This document shows positions 27,292-35,781 of a stretch of DNA of 64,000 bases, in pieces. Position 1 is the first letter of the stretch. Every line of letters begins with the position of its first letter. The notes under the pieces are model-generated. The model was not told where the DNA came from and searched no databases. It saw nothing but the letters and a program-made list of their open reading frames with translations. The translations under genes were made by a program, and so were the position numbers. Origin of the DNA: Escherichia phage alia; sequence record NC_052655.1. One strand, written 5' to 3'.

Positions 27292-29705
27292 TGGCGAATT
27301 TTCCAACATATCCTGCTACGACACTAGAACAAGGTGTTGATCTGGTTATATTCTCGTCTAACCAGATGCATGATGTTATTAATGGGGATGCTACAGCAAC
27401 TGTAGAAACCGAAACAGGTTTAATACCTACACTGCGTAAAGCACTTGTTGATAACTTCTTCTTTAAGAGTCCTGTTGCTTGGTCAGCAGGATCAACTGAA
27501 ACTGTATTTAACCAGTTACGTTATTTTGAAAACGGTATCTTGAGTGGGTACTATTATGCCCCATCTGCCACTACTGCGAACCCTGTACCTATGCAGGGCA
27601 CACCTGTAGGAGACAGTAACTGGACTCTGTACGCTCTTAAAACTGAACAGTTAGCTTCAGATGTGTATCCTTGGTATTTTAAAGGTGCTACAGGATATGA
27701 AACAGAAATCAGTCCTCCTTATATCTTTGATAATGCTATTGTCACCATTAACGGTGTAATTCAGATTCAAGGTGAAGCATTTACTATCAAAGATAGTAAA
27801 ATTATTCTGGCAGAACCATTAGGTTTAGATCCGTCTACTGGTCTACCTAACAAATTGTTTGCTTTTATTGGTAAAACAACAGCCTCTACTTCTTACGTAG
27901 AGAAAAACCTTTTGTCATCTACCACTGGTGCAGCAATGGTTGGTCTTCCATCTGGAGGCAACCTGTTACAAGCTCAATACTTTGTAACGCCTGAGCAGTT
28001 TGGTGCAATTGGTGATGGAGTTACCGATGATACTCAAGCAATTTTAAAAACCATTACTTTCGCTAACACGAATAACATTCAAGTACGTGCAGATAAGAAT
28101 TATAGATTCACAAGCTCAATTGCTATGTCTGGTATTCGTTGGTATGGTGGTACATTCACTGGTAACGGTGGAACAATGATTTCTACTGTGTCCTGTTGGA
28201 TGGAAAACGTTCGCTTTGAAAAATGTTATGTTAAGATGTTAGGTGGTGATTGCCGATTCTATCGTAATATCTTCTCCAACGCAACATCTACAGCAGCATT
28301 CTTAATGCAAGCAATGACAAGTGAAGGTACGTTGGACTTCAGTTACAACGAAATGTATGGTTGTAAATATGCGATCCTGCAACAAGGTACTGGAGAAGTA
28401 ATGACCTACGGGCGTTACTCTAACAACTATATTCACGATATCAAAGGTGATGCTATTGAACTTAACGTAGTTCAAAAACACTACACTGAAGGTTTGATTA
28501 TAGAGAATAACCACATTGCTAACGTAGATGCTTCTGGACAAGGTGCAAACTGGGGTATTGGTATTGGTGTAGCAGGTAGTGGCCCATATGGTGTTGATGT
28601 TCCTGATTCACAATATGTACGTAATTTCAGTATCGTTGGGAATAGGGTTTACAATTGCCGTCAATGTCTACACGTTGAAATGGGTAAAAACTTCACAATA
28701 CGTGATAATGAAGTTTATCCTAACACAGCAGTTTCAACAGGTACAGGTTTAACTACTTGTGGTGTTGCATTATACGGATGCCAAGATTTTGAAGTTGATG
28801 GTTTAACTGGTTATCTGCTCAATGATCCGTCTGTTTCAACACGTATGGTCTTTATTGACTGGGGTGTTAACAGTGGAAGATATGCGGGGCCACCAATTAA
28901 CTTTACAATTAAGAATTTGGATATTCCAGAATCTTCAATTGAGATTGCAACATCTGGATCAGATGCCTGGGAAAACTCTACAATTGTTAGTAATATCAAT
29001 TGTAATGTTTTTAAATGGCGTGGGCTACCATCTAGCTCTACCTTTAATAATATTCGTTGCCGTAGTATTGACTTTATTGGTCAACACGGAAGCGGAGAAG
29101 GAAGTGGTGGCGGTTTCTATACTCGCAGCCAATTCACGTATATGAAGTGGGTAGGATGTACAGCACTTAGCGGAGATGAAACAACAGTTTCTTTTGCTAA
29201 AATCTACACTGATCGTTGCGATCAGGTTGGAAATAACTTTGGTGTTCCAACTGCTGTTGATGGTACAGGTCATCGTGGGCCAGTTTTAACTACTATTTCT
29301 GAACAATATTTTACAGCTTATGATGAATTCCCAGGTGGGCGTGAATTCCCTACTGGAACAGTTATTCATTGTGCAAGCGGTAAAAAACATGTTGTTACAG
29401 TAGGTGGTGCTTTCTTTAGTGCCAACGAGAAAATAAAAGCAACTGTTACAGGTCAAACCTATCTACAGTCTAATGCTTTAAACTGGGCTAGTAATGGCTA
29501 CGCTAAAGCAGCAGGTACTAAGATTGTTATTCCAGGTGCAGGAGCAAATGGTGGCGATCTTGTGACAACTATAGCACGTGCTACGTATGTGACAAATAGT
29601 TTGTACACAATAGATATTGCAGATCCAATTGTAACACCTACAGCAGAGAATACACAAATTAAAGCTCTGAACCCTGTTACTTTTGTTACTGTCAATAATG
29701 CTTAA
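27291..29705 (+). CDS. tailspike protein, pectate-lyase-like beta-helix (second depolymerase candidate)
   Basis: 804 aa; motif FGAIGDGVTDDTQAILKTI; shares an identical 24-nt stretch with the first tailspike gene. Confidence 0.7.
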   Translation: MANFPTYPATTLEQGVDLVIFSSNQMHDVINGDATATVETETGLIPTLRKALVDNFFFKSPVAWSAGSTETVFNQLRYFENGILSGYYYAPSATTANPVPMQGTPVGDSNWTLYALKTEQLASDVYPWYFKGATGYETEISPPYIFDNAIVTINGVIQIQGEAFTIKDSKIILAEPLGLDPSTGLPNKLFAFIGKTTASTSYVEKNLLSSTTGAAMVGLPSGGNLLQAQYFVTPEQFGAIGDGVTDDTQAILKTITFANTNNIQVRADKNYRFTSSIAMSGIRWYGGTFTGNGGTMISTVSCWMENVRFEKCYVKMLGGDCRFYRNIFSNATSTAAFLMQAMTSEGTLDFSYNEMYGCKYAILQQGTGEVMTYGRYSNNYIHDIKGDAIELNVVQKHYTEGLIIENNHIANVDASGQGANWGIGIGVAGSGPYGVDVPDSQYVRNFSIVGNRVYNCRQCLHVEMGKNFTIRDNEVYPNTAVSTGTGLTTCGVALYGCQDFEVDGLTGYLLNDPSVSTRMVFIDWGVNSGRYAGPPINFTIKNLDIPESSIEIATSGSDAWENSTIVSNINCNVFKWRGLPSSSTFNNIRCRSIDFIGQHGSGEGSGGGFYTRSQFTYMKWVGCTALSGDETTVSFAKIYTDRCDQVGNNFGVPTAVDGTGHRGPVLTTISEQYFTAYDEFPGGREFPTGTVIHCASGKKHVVTVGGAFFSANEKIKATVTGQTYLQSNALNWASNGYAKAAGTKIVIPGAGANGGDLVTTIARATYVTNSLYTIDIADPIVTPTAENTQIKALNPVTFVTVNNA

Positions 29706-29712
29706 TTAAAAG

Positions 29713-29730
29713 GGGCGAAAGCCCCTTTAT
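29713..29730 (+). terminator. intrinsic terminator (GAAA loop)
   Basis: AGGGGC-GAAA-GCCCCT stem followed by TTAT, then AAGGAG SD of the next gene. Confidence 0.6.
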
Positions 29731-29745
29731 AAAAGGAGTAGTAAA

Positions 29746-31707
29746 GTGATTTTAACACGTCCAAATAGTGCCATTGCAGACATGGTAGAGTCTCGCTATA
29801 GAAAGCGTAGAAGTTTTGCAAGTGGTTTTACCTTAAGAGATGCTCGTGAAGCATTGCTCTTTGAAGCTGACGGTAACTACTATCAGTGGAAAGGTTCTCT
29901 ACCTAAAGTTGTACCTGCTAACTCTACTCCTACATCTACTGGAGGGATTTCAGATACAGCTTGGAAAAATGTGGGTAATGCAGATGACATTGCTCAAATA
30001 GAATCAGAATTAGATGCTATTGAAGCTGAAATTGAAGATCTTAGAGAATCCATACCAGAAGCTGGTAAATCAGCTTACCAGATTGCCGTAGACAATGGTT
30101 TCCAAGGTACTGAGACACAGTGGTTGGCTTCTTTAAAAGGTGATCCAGGTGCTCCATTAAAGCTACTAGGGACGCTATCTAATACCAACCAATTACCTAC
30201 AACTGGAAACAATGCAGGGGATGCATGGATTGTAGGCGAGAATATGTATGCTTGGGATGGTACGGCTTGGAGAAAAGTAAACTCACAGGGGCCAGAAGGT
30301 AAATCTGCTTATGAAGTATGGCTTGCAGCAGGAAATGAAGGTACAGAACTAGATTATCTTGCTTCAATTAAAGGTGATAAAGGGGAGCCTGGCCCAGAGG
30401 GGCCACAAGGTGTGCCAGGTAATAATGCTAATGGTTTTGATTACCAAGGCGCAGCTAATTCCGTTTCAGATCTTCCTTCTGCATCTCATGGAAACACATC
30501 TCAAGCATGGAGTGTTGGTACATATCTATACGTGTCAAACGGTGTAGAATGGATCAATATGGGCGCTATAGTGGGGCCAAAAGGAGATAAAGGCGACAAA
30601 GGAGATAAGGGTAACACTGGTGATTCAGCTTATCAAGTCTGGTTAAATGCTGGTAACGTTGGTACTATTGACGAATATATTGCCTCTCTGAAAGGAGAAA
30701 AAGGTGATAAAGGAGACAAGGGTGATCAAGGTGAGCAGGGTATACAAGGCTTGACGGGGCCAACTGGCGCAGGGTTGACCATTATTGATATTCTGACTAA
30801 CACTTCTGAACTACCACAAACTGGAGAAGATGGTGATGGTTATCTAATCAATAATGAACTTTGGGTCTGGTTGCAAGGAGCCACAGAGTGGACAAATGTT
30901 GGTCGTTTAGCTGGTACTCCAATCACTGCAAAAGGACACGTTGCGTCTGCAAGTGCGCTTCCTCCTACAGCCAATTACGGTGATGCTTATCTGACGGAAG
31001 ATACAGGTCATCTTTACATTTACACCTATAATGAACAAACTCAAACTGCTGAATATGTAGATATGGGTAGTTTGAAAGGTGATAAGGGTGAAAAAGGTGA
31101 CGCTGGTACTAACGGTACAGACGGTGCAACTTGGATTGTTAAAACAACAGATCCAATCTCTAGTGATGGTAAACAAGGTGATTATGCCTTTAATATCTCC
31201 ACTGGTGAGGTGTTCTTAAAAACATCTGCAACTGTCTGGACTTCTCAAGGTACACTACCTAGCATCACAGATGCACCTAGTGACGGTAAGATCTATGCTC
31301 GTAAAGATGGAACATGGGAAGAACTCACTAGTTCTGTAGATGGTCAAGATATAGTTCCAACAAAAGTAACAACTAATTTTATAGAGGTTACAGCATACAC
31401 TAACAACTCTGTTACAGGGGACTGGACACCTCCAGGAACACATAACATGAATGTGTTGAATCTTACTGGTAACTCTACTATAAAAGCATGGCCTGGTGTC
31501 GAAGATAGCACAAAACCTAAACCATTCTCTGCAATAGTTTATCTTATCCAAGATGCCACTGGGGGTCATACTGTTACTTTAGATCCATCTTACAAAGTAA
31601 TTGGTTCTAGTGATATTAATACAGATCCTAACGGAGTAACAATACTACAACTAACATATTGTGGTGTTGGTGATTACGTGGATGCTATTGTTGCTAAACG
31701 CACATAA
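29746..31707 (+). CDS. collagen-like repeat tail fibre protein
   Basis: GTG start 7 nt after AAGGAG. Several Gly-X-Y tracts (GDKGEPGPEGPQGVPG; GPKGDKGDKGDKGNTGDS; GEKGDKGDKGDQGEQGIQGLTGPTGAG; GDKGEKGDAGTNGTDGA) and three copies of a ~30-aa module. Confidence 0.7.
   Translation: MILTRPNSAIADMVESRYRKRRSFASGFTLRDAREALLFEADGNYYQWKGSLPKVVPANSTPTSTGGISDTAWKNVGNADDIAQIESELDAIEAEIEDLRESIPEAGKSAYQIAVDNGFQGTETQWLASLKGDPGAPLKLLGTLSNTNQLPTTGNNAGDAWIVGENMYAWDGTAWRKVNSQGPEGKSAYEVWLAAGNEGTELDYLASIKGDKGEPGPEGPQGVPGNNANGFDYQGAANSVSDLPSASHGNTSQAWSVGTYLYVSNGVEWINMGAIVGPKGDKGDKGDKGNTGDSAYQVWLNAGNVGTIDEYIASLKGEKGDKGDKGDQGEQGIQGLTGPTGAGLTIIDILTNTSELPQTGEDGDGYLINNELWVWLQGATEWTNVGRLAGTPITAKGHVASASALPPTANYGDAYLTEDTGHLYIYTYNEQTQTAEYVDMGSLKGDKGEKGDAGTNGTDGATWIVKTTDPISSDGKQGDYAFNISTGEVFLKTSATVWTSQGTLPSITDAPSDGKIYARKDGTWEELTSSVDGQDIVPTKVTTNFIEVTAYTNNSVTGDWTPPGTHNMNVLNLTGNSTIKAWPGVEDSTKPKPFSAIVYLIQDATGGHTVTLDPSYKVIGSSDINTDPNGVTILQLTYCGVGDYVDAIVAKRT
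30049..30750 (+). repeat. internal tandem module repeats with collagen-like Gly-X-Y tracts
   Basis: Three related modules (SAYQIAVDNGFQGTETQWLASLKGDPG / SAYEVWLAAGNEGTELDYLASIKGDKGEPG / SAYQVWLNAGNVGTIDEYIASLKGEKGDKG), each followed by G-X-Y repeats. Confidence 0.6.
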
Positions 31708-31710
31708 TCA

Positions 31711-31735
31711 AAGCCCCTTCGGGGGCTTATTATTT
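31711..31735 (+). terminator. intrinsic terminator (UUCG loop)
   Basis: AAGCCCC-TTCG-GGGGCTT stem followed by ATTATTT. Confidence 0.6.
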
Positions 31736-31746
31736 AAGGAGATTAA

Positions 31747-34566
31747 ATGTATCCTATTCCTTTATTTATGTCAACAACATCAGCTTCAGTAGTAACAGCT
31801 ACATCTATAACTACTTCCTCTATTGGTATTGCAATAGTTGGTGGTAAAAAACAACTGACATACACAGTTACACCGGAAGATGGTGCATTATTTGATATAG
31901 CTTTTTCATCTTCAGATAATACCAAAATGGTTATAGATAATAGTGGTATGATGGAGTTTGTTGCCGAAGGTGGTTTTGATGCAATAATGACAGCTAAAAA
32001 TAATTTAGGTGCTGTCTTAACTGATCAATCTGGTGGTTATGCTTCAGAATTAAGTGTGTACACTGAAAGTCTATCGGCTATGGATGTAGGCACTACTCAA
32101 CAGTTGGTTGCTACAATCAGTCCAGAAGGTGCTAAAGACCTTCCAGATATGGTAATTACATACACCACAACAGATCCAGAAGTAGCTACTGTAAGCCCTA
32201 CAGGGTTAATAACTGCTCTTAAAGATGGCGGTTGCCGTATAGGTTGTACTGCAACGTATCAAGGAACAGTTGTGGCCTCTGATAGTTCTTATTTAGGTGT
32301 TAATGCTATTCCTGTTATTTCTAATGTAACAGCCGTGGCAAACAGCTATGGAGACGTTCGTGTTGCTTGGGATGTAGCTGATCCGCTAGACGGTGATACT
32401 TATACTGTAGAAGTATTAGATTTAAGTGATAATAGTGTCCAGTGGACTACAACAACCACGAATACTTACGCCTATTTTGATATCTCTGACTCTATTCCTC
32501 TTTATGGGTTTGCTCCAACATACCTTAAAATTAATGTTAAGAGCACCAAAGCAGCAGCCGTTATCTTTAATAACTCAATAGCTACAGATGATTCATTCAT
32601 TAAAGAAGTTATTGTCTTTGCTGGACAAGATAACGTAAATGCACACTTTACAGAACTATCTGGTGCAAATAAAGCAGCAATGGGTAGCACAACAGCCCGT
32701 AATGCATATGCTACGCAACGTGGTTTAGCAAATGCTGAAGTTCTTCCGTTAAATACAGCTTCTGGATCATCAGCAGCAGATAAATATGCTGACGATAAAG
32801 CTGGAACAGGTACACCAGATAACTACTGGTATGATCTGGATAACACAGCAGATGGGCCATGCTTAACTAACTTTATCACTAAAGTCACACCTTATGCAAG
32901 TAAGGTTAAAGCGATTATTTGGGGACAAGGTGAAAATGATGCTGTATCAGCATCTTCTACTGTTGCAGGTAGGTACAGTAACACTACACGTTACCATGAT
33001 GCTACGATAGCCATCTTTGATAAGATGCGTACAATAGTTCCTGCTTCTCAAGCAAAAATTGTTTGGCAGATCCTAGGACGTTCTTATTTATATGGTGTAG
33101 AAGTTAATGGTGTGGATTGGCAGAAGTACAGAAATGTACAAAGAACCATCTCTACAGCACGTGATGATGTTATCATTGGTTCTTGGGTAGATGGTGCTGA
33201 ACGTTACAGTGGTTATGTTTATGAAGAAGGTATTGATGGTCGTATCCATTATGTTTCTTCTGTATACCAAACAGCAGCTACAAAACTTGCTAAATCAGCA
33301 GCAGACGGTACAGACTTAACATCAACGTCACCTGTTTGGGTTGATATGGCTGTTCCAACTGGAGCAACAGCTACTTCCCAACCTAATCAAGATACAATTT
33401 TAGCATGGGATGCTCAAGGCTATAGTAAACACTACTTCCGTAATATTAACGTCTTAACTGCATCTGTATTAACTGAACAAACGCTTAATACGAACAGTTA
33501 TACGTTTACCTATGCAGATCAAGTAGAACAATATGGTTTTGCAGCAGGAACTACTATATTTGATGTTGCATATTATGACGAAGCAAATGATGTGTTATCT
33601 CCTTTAGTACGTTTTAATGTTAACGTTACAGCAGGAACCGTAGAAGATAAACCTGTCGTGATGGACTATGATTTGACGCAAGAAACTCTTCCATCAGATG
33701 TTAAGGTTAATGGTGGGAACTCTTTTGCTCGTGCTTCTGGAGATAAACTTGTAGCCACTAACACCTTGGTTGCTCCGTTGGAGTATGTTGGTACTACCCC
33801 TGTAGGTAGACGTGTAACAGCTAACACAGCTACACAAATTTTTGTCAACAACGCCTTAACAAGCGCAAGCCCGTGGATAAAGACCAAATTAACTGTTGCA
33901 GCTTCATCTGATAACTCTCCGGCTGGAACTACTGCTAATGTATTCAAATTAACTCCGACTACAACCTCTGGTAGTCATATCTTAACTGCAACATATACTA
34001 ACGCGTACAACATATCTGCCGGACGTAACTGGTCTGCCTCTGTTTTCTTGAAAGCGAACGGGATTACTAAGGCCAAACTAAGATTAAAAGCAGGAACTGA
34101 AGTTAATGAGGGTACTTTTGATTTAGCAGCAGGTACATTCACAGGAAGTGAAGCTAATATTATATCTATGGGCAACGGTTGGTATCGTGCTATTCTGCAT
34201 AAAACAGGGATAGCCAAACAGTCCTCCATAAGTTTTGAAATAATTGCCTTGGATGCAACTGGTGCGGAGATTTTCGCTGGAGATGGTACTAGTAACCTTG
34301 CAGTTTGGTTGCCACAGCTTGAAGGTGCTTCTACAGGAGAAACATCAAAAGCTGGATCGCCTTATGTCTGCATATATCCTGGAAATTTAGGAGGAGTATC
34401 CTTCACTATACCAAGGAACGGACATACTGGTGTGGATGTTTACTATTCCAACGGAGACGTTGTTCGTGACGTATTCTCTGGTACGGCATCTACTTGGACA
34501 ATAAACTACTCCAGCTTGTACGATTGGGGATCAGTCTTTATTACAGGTTTGAAATATTACGACTAA
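31747..34566 (+). CDS. tail fibre protein with Ig-like domains and SGNH/SASA-like esterase domain
   Basis: 939 aa; N-terminal bacterial Ig-like (BIG2-type) segments; motifs IVFAGQDNVNAHF and AIIWGQGENDA resemble the GQSN and W.QGE.. motifs of sialate O-acetylesterase-like SGNH hydrolases. Confidence 0.55.
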   Translation: MYPIPLFMSTTSASVVTATSITTSSIGIAIVGGKKQLTYTVTPEDGALFDIAFSSSDNTKMVIDNSGMMEFVAEGGFDAIMTAKNNLGAVLTDQSGGYASELSVYTESLSAMDVGTTQQLVATISPEGAKDLPDMVITYTTTDPEVATVSPTGLITALKDGGCRIGCTATYQGTVVASDSSYLGVNAIPVISNVTAVANSYGDVRVAWDVADPLDGDTYTVEVLDLSDNSVQWTTTTTNTYAYFDISDSIPLYGFAPTYLKINVKSTKAAAVIFNNSIATDDSFIKEVIVFAGQDNVNAHFTELSGANKAAMGSTTARNAYATQRGLANAEVLPLNTASGSSAADKYADDKAGTGTPDNYWYDLDNTADGPCLTNFITKVTPYASKVKAIIWGQGENDAVSASSTVAGRYSNTTRYHDATIAIFDKMRTIVPASQAKIVWQILGRSYLYGVEVNGVDWQKYRNVQRTISTARDDVIIGSWVDGAERYSGYVYEEGIDGRIHYVSSVYQTAATKLAKSAADGTDLTSTSPVWVDMAVPTGATATSQPNQDTILAWDAQGYSKHYFRNINVLTASVLTEQTLNTNSYTFTYADQVEQYGFAAGTTIFDVAYYDEANDVLSPLVRFNVNVTAGTVEDKPVVMDYDLTQETLPSDVKVNGGNSFARASGDKLVATNTLVAPLEYVGTTPVGRRVTANTATQIFVNNALTSASPWIKTKLTVAASSDNSPAGTTANVFKLTPTTTSGSHILTATYTNAYNISAGRNWSASVFLKANGITKAKLRLKAGTEVNEGTFDLAAGTFTGSEANIISMGNGWYRAILHKTGIAKQSSISFEIIALDATGAEIFAGDGTSNLAVWLPQLEGASTGETSKAGSPYVCIYPGNLGGVSFTIPRNGHTGVDVYYSNGDVVRDVFSGTASTWTINYSSLYDWGSVFITGLKYYD

Positions 34567-34567
34567 T

Positions 34568-34594
34568 AAAAAAGGAGCCATTAGGCTCCTTTTC
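34568..34594. terminator. bidirectional intrinsic terminator at strand switch
   Basis: A-tract (34568-34573), GGAGCC-ATTA-GGCTCC stem, T-tract (34590-34594), between convergent gene ends at 34566 (+) and 34602 (-). Confidence 0.75.
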
Positions 34595-34601
34595 TTTTAT
34601 C

Positions 34602-35033
34602 TTAGTCAGTGAAAATTACGCTTACATCTTCTTTAGAAAAGAGTTTATGATCTTCACCTTTTGTCTCAAGAGTTTCATACAGGTTAAGAAGTTCTGAAAC
34701 ATCTTTCTCTACCAGTTTCTTCAATGTTGCAATTTTCTGTTTGCGACTCTTAATACGTTCAGCTACAACCTTACGCTGGTATCCGGCAGTACGATAACCT
34801 GAGAAAGTTACACCAGTGAGACTTGCAGTTACAGGATCGTAGTGACGTTCAATCTGAAATTTATTAAAAGGTACAGCGTCATCACGAATAATCTTACCGC
34901 CATTACTTACTTGACGAAGACCAGTAACTTGTTCCAGTCGTGCCATAGAAATCTTTGGAGACAGACCAGAGTCCAGGTTCATACCGTTGTTAATCAGTGC
35001 TTTCAGGGTGATTTTGCTGTTCAGTGTACTCAT
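34602..35033 (-). CDS. hypothetical protein
   Basis: 143 aa; ATG at 35033 preceded by GGAGGAA; overlaps the 3' end of the methyltransferase gene by 44 nt in another frame. Confidence 0.55.
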   Translation of the reverse strand: MSTLNSKITLKALINNGMNLDSGLSPKISMARLEQVTGLRQVSNGGKIIRDDAVPFNKFQIERHYDPVTASLTGVTFSGYRTAGYQRKVVAERIKSRKQKIATLKKLVEKDVSELLNLYETLETKGEDHKLFSKEDVSVIFTD

Positions 35034-35721
35034 TTAGTCGTTCCTCCGCTTGCTTAAAAATATTTACATCGGCTTCACAGCCTAAGTATTCTCTACCTGT
35101 TAAAAGTGCCGCAACTTGTGTTGTTGCACTTCCAGAGAAGAAGTCTAAGACTACATCTCCTTCGTTGGTGTGTATATTAATAAGGTCACAAAACAAAGTC
35201 AAGTGTTTTTGTGTTGGATGAAAACGATCTGCTCCTTGATAGATAGGATACTCAAACACACCCTTATGGTAGGAAGCATTGAAGGTTGGCTTCGAACCTT
35301 TAACACAAACAATAGCCATCTCTTTAGCGTTACTAAGATAGTTAACACCACTGTTGATGGGTACAGGGTTTGTTTTAATCCATTCGATAGTACGGAACAT
35401 ACGAAAACCAAGTGGTTCAAGGATTTCACGTAGTTCTTGGATCTTCCAGATATCATACCAAACGATGCAAGTACCACCTTTTCTAAGCACCCTGTAGGCT
35501 TCTTTGAATACTTCTTTAAAGTAAGGAATATCTACAACATCCCAATCACCAAAGTTGTAAGATACACGGAATCTATCCGTATCTTTTCCAGTCGGCTCTC
35601 CAGATTGAAAATTTGTGTCACGAGAAATAGCATATGGTGGGTCAGTAAGAATCAAATCTACACTATTGCTTTCGAGGGTTTGCAGGTAGTTTAATGCGGT
35701 GTTGTTTACAAATTCGCTCAT
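34990..35721 (-). CDS. DNA methyltransferase (N6-adenine / N4-cytosine type, permuted beta-class)
   Basis: 243 aa; motif IV DPPY near the N-terminus (LILTDPPYA) and AdoMet-binding motif I near the C-terminus (VLDFFSGSATT); AAGGAGA SD. Confidence 0.8.
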   Translation of the reverse strand: MSEFVNNTALNYLQTLESNSVDLILTDPPYAISRDTNFQSGEPTGKDTDRFRVSYNFGDWDVVDIPYFKEVFKEAYRVLRKGGTCIVWYDIWKIQELREILEPLGFRMFRTIEWIKTNPVPINSGVNYLSNAKEMAIVCVKGSKPTFNASYHKGVFEYPIYQGADRFHPTQKHLTLFCDLINIHTNEGDVVLDFFSGSATTQVAALLTGREYLGCEADVNIFKQAEERLNEYTEQQNHPESTD

Positions 35722-35737
35722 TATATCTCCTTCAAAG

Positions 35738-35759
35738 AAAAGGAGCCGTTAGGCTCCTT
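35738..35759 (-). terminator. hairpin terminator; second copy of the GGAGCC hairpin
   Basis: AAAA-GGAGCC-GTTA-GGCTCC-TT, 21/22 identical to the hairpin at 34570-34591. On the minus strand it follows the SSB-like gene and is followed by a T-rich run. Confidence 0.55.
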
Positions 35760-35781
35760 ATATTCACACAATATTTAACTA

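Noticed and set aside
7862-31925. Short alternate-frame or antisense ORFs inside tail and fibre genes (for example 7862-8089, 10685-10888, 11042-11380, 13092-13283, 14531-14809, 15135-15518, 17234-17557, 21036-21428, 21855-22280, 28302-28541, 30907-31176, 31255-31569)
   Set aside because: Embedded in well-supported long structural genes, lacking ribosome-binding sites; typical spurious ORFs in AT-rich DNA.
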